DNA of 64,000 nucleotides, taken from contig CAWANH010000028.1 in NCBI GenBank assembly GCA_963783375.1, positions 1,280,001 to 1,344,000 on the forward strand. The letters run 5' to 3'. The translations under genes were made by a program, and so were the position numbers. Origin of the DNA: Candidatus Eiseniibacteriota bacterium (GTDB taxonomy: Bacteria > Eisenbacteria > RBG-16-71-46 > JABDJR01). Positions 47,501 through 56,277 of the stretch are shown in pieces (position 1 is the first letter of the stretch; every line of letters starts with the position of its first letter). The notes below the pieces were generated by a model that saw only the letters and a list, made by a program, of their open reading frames with translations, did not search any database and was not told where the DNA came from.

Positions 47501-47734
47501 GACGCCTACGAGCGTCACCGCGGCGTGGTGCGGAATCTCGGCCCCTACGCGGTCACCGGACGGATCGAGGAGCAGCACGGGGCGCCCACCCTGAACGTGG
47601 AGCGCCTGGTGAAGGTGGCGCTTCCGCCCACCCTGGCCAGGCTCCTGGCCGGGAGCGTCCCGATGTTGGAGGAAGGCGCCGGGGGAGGCTCGGGGCGCGG
47701 CGGGACCGGCTCCGAGGCCTCGGCGACGGCCTGA
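44588..47734 (+). CDS. dnaE2: C-family DNA polymerase III alpha subunit, probably the error-prone DnaE2 type
   Basis: PHP domain (LHVQS, ALTDRNNLYG), GRGSGAS, PDLDVD, HPGGIVI, KIDLLG, FCKAHA, OB fold FVTLEDETG. Shorter than replicative DnaE1 and ends just after the OB fold. Confidence 0.82.
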   Translation: MSLYVPLHVQSACSLGRGTAPVDALVAAAARYGHDALALTDRNNLYGAVPFTRAAREAGLKPILGAELGGPEGLVTLLVRDAEGYANLCRLLTRRGLEPGFRLVPALAELHRGLHVLVAEPKLLRALARFLSRETLWGELPAPRLGEPAFAAVEDAALALGLETVATGAIVTLAREDHRLHATLTAIRENTLAARLEARDLAPRESWFRAPAAMASIFRRRRRALANTRRIADDCRFTLERTRWIFPDPPLPSGETAASHLRKLCEAGLVRRYPQHPTAARRRLTTELRIIDRLGFSSYFVVVGEIVRWGRERGIATVGRGSGASAVTSYVLGITNVDPVRYGLTFERFLHEKRPDWPDLDVDLCWKRRDEVIEHVYATYGRDRVAMISTHNTFQPRSAFREAAKAHGIANAVVNRLSRCVPHAADAPLREALRAAPRGDEIPRTEPPWPRILEDAERLVGLPRHLGLHPGGIVISDRPLAEYVPLQEAAKGIVSTQFEMRAIEAVGLVKIDLLGNRALSTIQETVELVEARRGVRLDPDRFPHQDPATAALLATGDTLGVFQMESPGMRNLNRMLGTRDLATTIAAVALIRPGPAASGMKERFCRRARGSERPAYADPRLEPVLRETHGVPLYEEDVMRVAAEVAGVSLADGDVLRRAIAGTDERELADLARTFIARARRRGYRPETAEAIWNGLLRFGSFAFCKAHAAGYGILAWQAGWLKAHYPMEFAAALMNHHAGMYDKRTHLEDARRRGVRALLPDVNRSRDTFTADGEGIRIGLERVRGLSLTAREAILAGRARRPFAGPEDLASRVALARPELEALVLAGAFDFAGRTRPEMLCAVASGFDLFRRSGRERSSGGDLFEDAAPVRAPWATPPLPEFSPVERLWLEWHVLGLCVDGHPMEAFRAEPGGLPRGTVPVADAERVRGRRVAAAGIVAARRTVPTRQGRRMQFVTLEDETGMIECTLFPDAYERHRGVVRNLGPYAVTGRIEEQHGAPTLNVERLVKVALPPTLARLLAGSVPMLEEGAGGGSGRGGTGSEASATA

Positions 47735-47812
47735 CCGGGGCGCGGGCGATTCCGGGCCGGGCGGGCCGGCTCCGGCCGTCCCCCGCCGCAACCGGCGCAC
47801 CGGCGCCGGGGG

Positions 47813-48775
47813 CTACCGCCGGCCGGATTCGCCCCAGGCGTACTTTCGCTGCAGGAAGGAGTGGATCCACTCGAAGTCCTGGATGAACTTCGCCCCCATC
47901 TGGGGCATCTGCATGCGGACGAGGATCCGCCCCACCGACGCCGCGTGGGAGGGGACGGTCGGGTCCTCGAGGAGGGCCTGCCAGTAGGTAAGAAGCGCCT
48001 CGCGGTACTCGCTCTCCCCGTCCAGATACAGCCCCTCCTGGTAGAGGGCGGGGGCGAAGGCCGGATGTTCGGCGAGGACGTCGGTGAGAATCTTCCGGGC
48101 TTCGGGCTTCTTTCCCTCGTCGAGAAATATCGAGGCGCGGAGCACCCGGGCCGCCGGGAAGTCGGAGCGGATCCGAAGGGCCCGCTCCGCCCCCCGCTCC
48201 GCCTCGGCCAACGCCCCCGCGCGCCGCGCCGCGTCGCCGTAGAGGTACCAGAGGGCGGCCTGGGTGGAGTCCCTCTCCAGGGCCTCCTGGAAATCCTGTA
48301 CGGCCTCGGCATGGTTCTCCAGGTGCATGGCGCGGATGCCCCGGAGCGCGGCCTCGCCGGTGTCGGGAAGGGAGTAGCCGGCCCGGGCGGCGGCCAGGCC
48401 GAGGGCCTCGTTCATGTCGCGATCGGCCCCGGCAAAATCGCTCAGGGACGTATGGGCGATCCCCAGGAAGAGCACCGGGCCGGGGTGATCCGGCTCCAAC
48501 GCCGCCGCCTGCTCCAGTTCCTGGATGGCCTCACGGGGCTCGTCATCGATGAGGATCACCCCCAGCCGGTAGTGGGCGGGGAAGGACTTGGTGTCCTTCT
48601 CCAGGATCGTTTCGAGGGTGGCGCGCATGCCGGCGAGGTTTCCCTTCGACCACTGCTCGTCGGCTCGCTTCAGGGCGTCGGTGTCGGCGAGGGCGTTTCC
48701 CGCCGAGGTTCCCTTCCCGCACCCCCAGCCCAGGGCCACGAGCGCGAGGATCAGGATGCCGAGGTTCCGGGTCAT
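47813..48775 (-). CDS. Tetratricopeptide-repeat lipoprotein
   Basis: Lipobox GWGC, repeated A..LxP....LG TPR units, AAGGAGG RBS. Confidence 0.85.
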   Translation of the reverse strand: MTRNLGILILALVALGWGCGKGTSAGNALADTDALKRADEQWSKGNLAGMRATLETILEKDTKSFPAHYRLGVILIDDEPREAIQELEQAAALEPDHPGPVLFLGIAHTSLSDFAGADRDMNEALGLAAARAGYSLPDTGEAALRGIRAMHLENHAEAVQDFQEALERDSTQAALWYLYGDAARRAGALAEAERGAERALRIRSDFPAARVLRASIFLDEGKKPEARKILTDVLAEHPAFAPALYQEGLYLDGESEYREALLTYWQALLEDPTVPSHAASVGRILVRMQMPQMGAKFIQDFEWIHSFLQRKYAWGESGRR

Positions 48776-49004
48776 GACGAGGCCTCCTTGCCGGTCCGGA
48801 CCGCCCGCGAGGCCGCCACGACGGGGATATCGCGAGCGACCCGGGGCACGGGGTCGGAGAGACGCTAGGAACGATACCGGGCCGCGTCAAGAGCGGCCCC
48901 ATCACGATCCGACGGCCATCCGTTCCATCGTGCGACGCGCGCCCAGGAATGGCGCGGACCACAGAGCATGCTACAATCCGCGGTCCGCAAACGCGAGCGG
49001 GAGG

Positions 49005-49385
49005 ATGCCGGACGTGACGAACTGGACGCGGGGGCTCGCCGCCATGCTGTTCCTGACCGCAGCGGCCGCTTTTCCCCTGGGATGCTCCAAGAAAGTGGAT
49101 CCGCGACTCACCGGGCTTCCCGGCTATCCGGTCTACCGGAAGTACTGCAAGCGCTGCCACGGGGCCGACGGGGCCGCGAGCAAGGCCTCCCGGGTGGCCG
49201 AACGGCCGGTGGATCTCGCCGCCCCCGCATTTCGCGACAGCACCACCCTGGAGTCCCTGGAGCGGGTGATCGCGACGGGGAAGGGGAAGATGAAGGGCTA
49301 CGACGAAAAGCTCGGCCCCGGGGAGATCGCGGCGGTGGCCCGTTTCGTCCGCGCGCTGTCGGGGCCGGACATCCGGCCGAAGTAG
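49005..49385 (+). CDS. Monoheme c-type cytochrome lipoprotein
   Basis: Lipobox PLGC, CKRCHGADG, distal GKGKMKGY. Confidence 0.88.
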   Translation: MPDVTNWTRGLAAMLFLTAAAAFPLGCSKKVDPRLTGLPGYPVYRKYCKRCHGADGAASKASRVAERPVDLAAPAFRDSTTLESLERVIATGKGKMKGYDEKLGPGEIAAVARFVRALSGPDIRPK

Positions 49386-49494
49386 AGACGCCGCCCTTGG
49401 GCCGGTGCGGCCCTGGGACCAGCGTCCCTCCGCCCCGGCGCTCGGATCGCGCCGGCAGGCGACGACCGTCACCCAGCACGACCGTATCCGAGGT

Positions 49495-50802
49495 TCACCC
49501 GGGTAAATTCCCCGCCACACGCGCCCCGCGCTCCGGCACGCGCCGCAGAAGGAGCGCTCCCGCCACCACCATGATGGCCAGGGTGCCAACCGCGAGCCGG
49601 TAGCGAGCCGGCCCCAGCCCGCCCCCCGCCAGCACGATGACCCCCCAGATCAGCGGCCCCACCACCGCCGATGCCTTGTTGGTGAAGGCGTAGAGCCCGA
49701 AGAGCCGGCCCTCCTCCCCCGGCGGGGTCAGGGTCAAGAGGAGCGGGCGCGACGCCGTCCACAGGGAGCCGAGGAGCGCTCCAATGAATCCCCCGATCAC
49801 GTAAAACACGACCACCGAGGGCACCAGGGCCACGGCCAGAAGACACCCCGCCCAGAGCCACGCCGTGGCCAGAAGCGTTCGGTGGGCGCCGATCCGGTCC
49901 ACCACCCATCCGGCCAGGAACGAGCCTCCGATGGCCGGGATCGTGGCCAGCATGAAGAACACCACCTTGGCGCTGTCCGGCATTCCCAGCACCTTCTGGG
50001 CGTAGACCGCCATGAAGATGATCACCGTCTGCACCGCGTCCAGGATGAGGAGGTTGGCGGCGAGGAAGGTCAACACCCCGGGATAGCGGCGGGAATCGGC
50101 CAGGGTGGCGCGGATCTCCCCCAGGGCCTCCCGCCAGGAGGGGCGCGGCCCGGCCGGGCCCGGCTGTTCCCGCACCCGGAGGAAGATCGGAAGCGCGAAC
50201 AGCGCGAAGAGGGCGGCGGTGGGAATGAAAGCCGCCGACCGGCCCCCGGCATGCACCCCGGGAAGGCCGAGGTTCAGGATCGGCATCTTCCCCTCGACGA
50301 AGGGGGTCACCAGCAGCATGCCGATGAAGGAGCCGGCGTACCCCAGCGCGACCCCGAACCCGCTTACCCGTCCCCGGGTCTCCGGCCGGCTCACCGCGGG
50401 GAGGAGCGCGTTGTAGAAGACGAGCCCGCCCTGGAAAGCGTAGTTGGAGAGGGCGAAGACGGCCAGGGCAAGGACGAGGCCCGGGAGCCCGGGAAGTTGC
50501 GTCACCCATCCCAGGCTTGCGGTGGCTCCCACCGAGACCGCGGTGAAGATTCCCAAGAACACGAGCCGCCGCCCGCCTCGATCCGACCAGAGGCCCAGGT
50601 AGGGGAGGGTGAGGGCCACCAGGGCCATCGACCCGCCGTAGAAGAGGCTGTACCAGAGATCCTCCCGCCCCCGGTCCACCGTGACCCACTGGGCGAAGAA
50701 GAGCGTGATCACGTTCATCGAGTAGATCGTGTTGGCCAGATCGTAGAGGGCCCAGGCCACCGGGCCTCGAGGCGGGGATGGGGGGGAGCCGGAGCCAGCC
50801 AT
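49495..50802 (-). CDS. MFS transporter (UMF1/Atg22-like)
   Basis: WALYDLANTIY, FYNALLP, GRVSGFGVALGYAG, ASRPLL, FGLYAF, about 12 TM helices. Confidence 0.9.
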   Translation of the reverse strand: MAGSGSPPSPPRGPVAWALYDLANTIYSMNVITLFFAQWVTVDRGREDLWYSLFYGGSMALVALTLPYLGLWSDRGGRRLVFLGIFTAVSVGATASLGWVTQLPGLPGLVLALAVFALSNYAFQGGLVFYNALLPAVSRPETRGRVSGFGVALGYAGSFIGMLLVTPFVEGKMPILNLGLPGVHAGGRSAAFIPTAALFALFALPIFLRVREQPGPAGPRPSWREALGEIRATLADSRRYPGVLTFLAANLLILDAVQTVIIFMAVYAQKVLGMPDSAKVVFFMLATIPAIGGSFLAGWVVDRIGAHRTLLATAWLWAGCLLAVALVPSVVVFYVIGGFIGALLGSLWTASRPLLLTLTPPGEEGRLFGLYAFTNKASAVVGPLIWGVIVLAGGGLGPARYRLAVGTLAIMVVAGALLLRRVPERGARVAGNLPG

Positions 50803-51067
50803 GGGCGGGAGTCTATGAACCGCGGCCCGGGGTCGCAAGGGTCGGGCGGGGACGCGGCCGCGGCGCCCATGGGCGCCGGCGAATGCCCGGAAGTCCGGTG
50901 TCCGCTGCGTCGAGGCCTCGGAGGGGCGGGCGGTGGGGCACGGACGGCGCCGTGGCGGCCGGGGGACGGAACCGATACCCTTGCCCGATCCCCGCCTGCG
51001 TTCATGCGGGGCCCGGGAACGACGACCGGAACGGCGGACCGGCTGGATGGCCATGAGAGGAGACACG

Positions 51068-51502
51068 GTGGACCGGAACCTGGACGAGACGCATCCGCCG
51101 GACATCGATGTGGTGGCGGGAGTGGTCGTCGAGGCCGGCCGGGTCCTGGTCGCCCGGCGGACCAGCAGCCAGCGGTATCCCCTCCTCTGGGAGTTTCCCG
51201 GGGGCAAGGTGGAGCCGGGGGAAACCCCGGAGGAGGCCCTCGACCGTGAGTTCGCCGAGGAACTGGGGGTGCGGGTCCAGGCGATCGGGGGGTACGGCGA
51301 GATTCGCTACCGGGCCGACTCCGGGCGGTGGATCCACGTCCGGTTCCACCTGGCCCGGCGGACCGGGGGAGAGCCGGCGCCCCTGGAGGTGGACGCCGTG
51401 GAATGGGCGGGGAAGGACCGGCTCGAGGCCCTCGATTTCGTCCCCGCGGATCGGGGGATTCTGGTCCGGGTGCTGGAGGACCTCGACGCGGGGCGGCTGT
51501 AA
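51068..51502 (+). CDS. Nudix hydrolase (MutT/NudG-like)
   Basis: Nudix box WEFPGGKVEPGETPEEALDREFAEELG. GAGGAG RBS before GTG 51068. Confidence 0.9.
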   Translation: MDRNLDETHPPDIDVVAGVVVEAGRVLVARRTSSQRYPLLWEFPGGKVEPGETPEEALDREFAEELGVRVQAIGGYGEIRYRADSGRWIHVRFHLARRTGGEPAPLEVDAVEWAGKDRLEALDFVPADRGILVRVLEDLDAGRL

Positions 51503-51608
51503 CCGGGGCCGGGGGAGGCGTTCACCGAGCGTGACGCGTGACGGACGGGAACGCGGTGAGGAGGGGGAGGGAAGCCTGGGGGAACGGAACCGGCCGGAGG
51601 ACGGCTAG

Positions 51609-52022
51609 CTAGGGGCGGGGGCTTTGGGGGCCGCCCTCGAAGAGCGTCTTCAGATAGCTCCAGGTGGCGCGCTGGACCGGCGAGGGCACGTTTACGGTGA
51701 TCGAGCCCTGGATGGAGACCTGGTCGCTGGCGAAGTAGTGGATCACCCCGGGATCGTTGAAGGTCTTCTGGAGGGTGGCGTCGGTCTTCGAGAGCTTGAA
51801 CTCGAAGATCTGGCCCAGGTTCTGGTCGTCCGGGGACTCCCCGCTCACCAGAGTGTGGGAACCGGACTCCCAGACCCACTGGACGACATCCCCACGGTTG
51901 ATGGTGATGTCGGCGGGATCGAGGCCGTCGGTCTTCACCGTCACCTGGACGGTCGCGCCCAGGGCAAGCGCCGGTACGAGCAGTGCGATCGCGCACAGCG
52001 CACCGACAAGCCGAAGGCGCAT
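51609..52022 (-). CDS. Secreted cupredoxin-fold protein with a C-terminal TWSYLKTLF tail
   Basis: Signal peptide, DPADITINRGDVVQW, GSHT, TFNDPGVIHYF ... GSITV. AAGGAGG RBS. Confidence 0.8.
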   Translation of the reverse strand: MRLRLVGALCAIALLVPALALGATVQVTVKTDGLDPADITINRGDVVQWVWESGSHTLVSGESPDDQNLGQIFEFKLSKTDATLQKTFNDPGVIHYFASDQVSIQGSITVNVPSPVQRATWSYLKTLFEGGPQSPRP

Positions 52023-52236
52023 TCCGACCTCCTTCCCAGCGTAAAGGACCTCAAAGCAAGTATATGCCAAGTGATCGGCCGGGGCAAGGTTCGGCTTGAA
52101 GGGCCCTAACTCGAAGCGGGAGAGCGGGCTAGAGTTCGATCTGGGCTGCAAAATACCTCAACCCCACCCCAGGGCCTGACGATACCAGAAATGGCCTCCC
52201 CTGCAGGGAGGCCACCAAGGGGTTGGGTTTGAGCCT

Positions 52237-53895
52237 ATGAGACGCTGCCGCAATCGATCCATCGCCAGGGGGGCCCTCGTTCCGGGGGCCCTTGTGCTCG
52301 CGTGCCTGGCCGGGTGCCGGGGGGAGGTCCCCCAGGCTTCGGTCGCCGCCGCCGCCTCACCGGTCCATGGAGGGGTCTTCCGGCTGGCGCTGGAGTCGCC
52401 CGCTACCCTGGATCCCGCCCTCACCGCGGATATCTACGAGGCCACGGTGACCAACCAGATCTTCAGCGGGCTCCTCAAGTGGGATGGGGACCTGAACGTG
52501 CTCCCGGACGTGGCCCAATCCTGGACCATCTCCCGGGACGGCCGGGAATACGTCTTCGATCTTCGGCGAAACGCCCGCTTCCAGAACGGACGCCAGGTCA
52601 CCGCCGAGGACTTCATCTACTCCTTCACCCGGCTCTTCAACGCCGCGGAGGTTCCTCCCGGGATCATCCAGGACTACATGCACAAGATCGTGGGAGTGGA
52701 CGACTTCATGGCCGGCCGGGCGGATCGCATCAGCGGGCTCTCCGCCCCCGACCCGTTCACCCTGGTCGTCCGCCTCAACAAGCCTTACGCCTCGTTCCTC
52801 TCGGTGGTATGCATGGACCAGGCCCGGGTGGTGCCGCGGGAGGAGATCGAGCGGATGGGAGCGGCGGAGTTCGGTCTTCACCCCGTGGGATGCGGGCCCT
52901 TCCGGCTGGTGCGCTGGGAGCCCCAGAAGGAAATGGTCCTGGCCGCCAACCCGGACTACTTCGGGTCCCCCGCCAACCTGGACAGCGTGGTGATCTATCA
53001 CTACCCCAGCGACCAGGGACAGCGCCAGAAGCAGCAGTTCCGCGCGGGGCGGCTGGACGCCTGCGAGGTTCGTGAAAACGAGATCGACGCGCTCGCCCGG
53101 GACGGTTCCGTCTCCATAGTCCGACGGCTCGAACTGAGCATGGAGTTCATGGGGATGAACGTGGATCTTCCCCCCTTCAACGATACGCGGGTCCGGCAGG
53201 CGGTCAGCATGGCCGTGGACCGGGAGAGCCTGGGGCGGATGGCCGGAGCCGGGTTCCACGTTCCCATGGGGCTGCTCCCCCCCGGGATGCCGGGATACGC
53301 TCCCGAGTCGAAGATTCTCCCCGAGGATCTCGCGCGGTCCCGACTCCTTCTTGCCGAGGCGGGGTACGGACCGAAGCACCCTCTGACCTTCGACATCACC
53401 ACCTCGAACCGGAGCCGCCACGCGGTGGTCCGGGACAGTGTCCTGGTGGCGTCCCTGGCCCGGGTGGGGATCGAGGCCCGTCTGGACGAGGTCTCCTGGA
53501 ACGAGCTCATCACCAGGGTGGATGGGCGCCACGCCCCCGCCTTCGAGCTGACCTGGATCGCCGATCTTCCCGATCCGGAGAGCTTCCTCTACACCCTCCT
53601 GGCCTCGGACGGCGGGTACAACCTCTTCAACTACCACAACGAGGGGGTGGATTCCCTCCTCAACGCGGGCCGGGACGAGCCGGTGGTGCAGACCCGGCTC
53701 GAGCTCTACCGCGAGGCCGAGCGGCGAATCCTCCGGGAAGCGCCCCTCATCCCCCTCTTCAACGTGATGACCCTGTACGCGTTCCAGCCGTACGTGCATG
53801 GGGTGGAGATGTCTCCGTTCGGGATCTGCAGCGTGCCGATGGAAAAGATCTGGCTCGACCCCCGACCCCGGGAGGGCATATATGCTGGGCTTTAG
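52237..53895 (+). CDS. ABC-type peptide/nickel substrate-binding lipoprotein (SBP family 5)
   Basis: Lipobox LAGC, TLDPA, PDVAQSWTIS.DG..YVFDLR..ARFQNG, PVGCGPF, PPFNDTRVRQA. Confidence 0.92.
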   Translation: MRRCRNRSIARGALVPGALVLACLAGCRGEVPQASVAAAASPVHGGVFRLALESPATLDPALTADIYEATVTNQIFSGLLKWDGDLNVLPDVAQSWTISRDGREYVFDLRRNARFQNGRQVTAEDFIYSFTRLFNAAEVPPGIIQDYMHKIVGVDDFMAGRADRISGLSAPDPFTLVVRLNKPYASFLSVVCMDQARVVPREEIERMGAAEFGLHPVGCGPFRLVRWEPQKEMVLAANPDYFGSPANLDSVVIYHYPSDQGQRQKQQFRAGRLDACEVRENEIDALARDGSVSIVRRLELSMEFMGMNVDLPPFNDTRVRQAVSMAVDRESLGRMAGAGFHVPMGLLPPGMPGYAPESKILPEDLARSRLLLAEAGYGPKHPLTFDITTSNRSRHAVVRDSVLVASLARVGIEARLDEVSWNELITRVDGRHAPAFELTWIADLPDPESFLYTLLASDGGYNLFNYHNEGVDSLLNAGRDEPVVQTRLELYREAERRILREAPLIPLFNVMTLYAFQPYVHGVEMSPFGICSVPMEKIWLDPRPREGIYAGL

Positions 53896-56221
53896 CGAGC
53901 GGCGCCGCCTCCGGCTCCAATACCGGATCCTGGTCGCCTTCATCGCCATCGTCACCGGGGTGATCGCCCTGGTCATCATGGTGGTGGACGTCCGCCAGCG
54001 CCACGTGATGATGGAGCTCAACCGGGAGCGGGGGCTGGCCATCGGGCACAGCCTGGCCGCGGCCTCCTCCAACGCGCTTCTCTCCTACAACTACGTCGCG
54101 CTCCAGCAGCTGACCCAACACGCGGTGCGCGAGGACGGCGTGCGCTACGTGATCGTGCTCGACAAGGAGGGAAAGGTCGCCGGCTACAGCGGGCGTCCGG
54201 AGTGGCAGGGCCGGGAGCTCTCGGACGGGGTGAGCCTGGCCGCGTCCCGATCCGGCGACATGCTCATCCAACAGGTGCATACCAAGGAAATGGGACCCCA
54301 CGCCGGTCTCGACATCGCGATTCCGGTGTTCGTCGAGGGCTCTCCCACCAAGTGGGGGCTGGTCCGGGTCGGTCTCTCCCTGGACGGAATGTACGATGAG
54401 CTCTACCGGACGCGATTCTGGCTGCTCGCCCTGGGGGCGGGAGTGCTTTTCCTGGGCTTCATGGTCGCCCGGCTGCTGGCCCGCCGCATCGTCGGGCCCA
54501 TGGATCGTCTGGTCGAGGCCACCGCCGAACTGGCCAAGGGAAATTTCGACTACCGGGTGGGTCTCACCACCGGGGACGAGTTCGAGGATCTCTCGCGCAA
54601 GTTCGACTGGATGGCCCGGGAGATCCGGGAGAAGCAATCCCAGGTCGAGAGCACCAACCGGGAACTGGCCGCCTTGAACGCGAGCCTGGAAGAGAAGGTG
54701 GTCGTTCGCACCAAGGCCCTCACCGAGGCCGAAGAGAAGTACCGGCTCCTGGTGGAGCAGTCTCCCAACCCCATCTGCATCATCCAGAACGGCCACCTGG
54801 TCTTCTTCAACCAGGCCTTCTGTGAGACGTTCGGGCATTCGGCCGGGGAACTGAATTCACCCGAGTTCGATTTGGCCGCCCTCTTCGACCCGGAGGAGAC
54901 CGACGTCGAGAAGCTCTTCTCTCCAGGAGTCGGGGACCACTCCGGCGTGCTCAACGCGCCGCGGGAGGTCCGGGCACGCCGGCGGGACGGAACCTGGATC
55001 CACCTGGACATGCGCTCCACCGCGATTTCCTTCGAGGGCGCTCCCGCCCTGGAGGCGATCCTGGTGGACGTGACCGAACAACGGGAGCTCCAGGAGAACA
55101 TCGTGTCCTACGAGCGCCTGCGGGCGCTGGGGGAGATGGCCAGCGGGGTGGCCCACGACTTCAACAACGTCCTGGGGGCGATCCTGGCCCGGGCCCAGTT
55201 CCTTCGTCGTCACACCGCGGAGGATGAACTGCTTCGGGGTCTGCGCATCATCGAGAAGGCCGCCCAGGACGGGGCGGAAACCGTGAAGCGGATCCAGGAG
55301 TTCACCCGGGTCCGTACCGACCGTGATTTCGCCGAAGTCAACCTCAATGACGTTCTGGAAGACGTCCTGGAGATGACCCGGAGCCGATGGGTGGACGAAG
55401 CCCACCGCCTGGGGAAGAAGATCGAGGTCAAACGCGCCCTGAACGAGGTTCAGCTGGTGGCGGGGAACATCTCGGAGCTGCGCGAGGTGTTCACCAACCT
55501 CATCCTGAACGCGGTGGACGCGATTCCCCGCCAGGGCGCGATCACCGTCTGCACCTACAACGAAGGTCCGAACGTGGTGGTCGTCATCTCCGACACCGGC
55601 GAGGGGATGTCCCCCGAAGTCCAGCGCCGCCTCTTCGACCCGTTCTTCACCACCAAGGGGGCCCGCGGAAACGGTCTCGGTATGAGCATCGTCTACGGGA
55701 TCATTCGGCGGCACGGGGGCGACGTGGTGGTGAAGAGCGAACGCGACCAGGGGACCCTGTTCGAGGTCACCCTGCCCGCCCTGGCCGCCTCACTGCGCTC
55801 CCCGGATGCGGAGCCGCCGGAGACGAGATCCTTCACCGGCTCGGGCACGGTCCTGGTGGTGGACGACGAGGAGGATATCCGGACCCTGGTATCGGAGATC
55901 CTGGAAGACGCGGGGTACCGCACCACGATCGCTCCGGGGGGAGCGGAGGCGGTGGATCTGCTGCGGTCCCGGTCCTTCGATCTGGTGGTCACCGATCTGG
56001 GCATGCCGGTGGTGGGCGGATGGGACGTCGCCCGCGAGGCCCGGAGCGCCTGGCCCGACGTTCGCCTGCTCCTTCTCACCGGATGGGGCTCCACCCTGGA
56101 TTCCGCGGAGGTTGAGCGCTACGGGATCGATCGGACGCTCAAGAAGCCGTTCGAAATGAACGAGCTGCTGGGGGTGATCCACGAACTCCTGGACGATCCG
56201 GAAATCCGAAAGAGCGCCTGA
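53882..56221 (+). CDS. Hybrid sensor histidine kinase (periplasmic sensor, HAMP, PAS, HisKA, HATPase, receiver)
   Basis: Two TM helices, GDEFEDL HAMP, GVAHDFNN, NLILNAVDA, DTGEG, FDPFFTTK, GLG, VLVVDDE, TDLGMP. Confidence 0.93.
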   Translation: MLGFSERRRLRLQYRILVAFIAIVTGVIALVIMVVDVRQRHVMMELNRERGLAIGHSLAAASSNALLSYNYVALQQLTQHAVREDGVRYVIVLDKEGKVAGYSGRPEWQGRELSDGVSLAASRSGDMLIQQVHTKEMGPHAGLDIAIPVFVEGSPTKWGLVRVGLSLDGMYDELYRTRFWLLALGAGVLFLGFMVARLLARRIVGPMDRLVEATAELAKGNFDYRVGLTTGDEFEDLSRKFDWMAREIREKQSQVESTNRELAALNASLEEKVVVRTKALTEAEEKYRLLVEQSPNPICIIQNGHLVFFNQAFCETFGHSAGELNSPEFDLAALFDPEETDVEKLFSPGVGDHSGVLNAPREVRARRRDGTWIHLDMRSTAISFEGAPALEAILVDVTEQRELQENIVSYERLRALGEMASGVAHDFNNVLGAILARAQFLRRHTAEDELLRGLRIIEKAAQDGAETVKRIQEFTRVRTDRDFAEVNLNDVLEDVLEMTRSRWVDEAHRLGKKIEVKRALNEVQLVAGNISELREVFTNLILNAVDAIPRQGAITVCTYNEGPNVVVVISDTGEGMSPEVQRRLFDPFFTTKGARGNGLGMSIVYGIIRRHGGDVVVKSERDQGTLFEVTLPALAASLRSPDAEPPETRSFTGSGTVLVVDDEEDIRTLVSEILEDAGYRTTIAPGGAEAVDLLRSRSFDLVVTDLGMPVVGGWDVAREARSAWPDVRLLLLTGWGSTLDSAEVERYGIDRTLKKPFEMNELLGVIHELLDDPEIRKSA

Positions 56222-56277
56222 CCCGACCGGTTCAGGAGACCGTGCAGCGAGGGGGCGCAGATGGCCGTCGGATCGGG

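Noticed and set aside
52055-52070. sigma54 promoter on the minus strand (TTGGCATATACTTGCT) upstream of the cupredoxin gene
   Set aside because: Only 9 bp separate GG and GC, whereas sigma54 promoters need 10.
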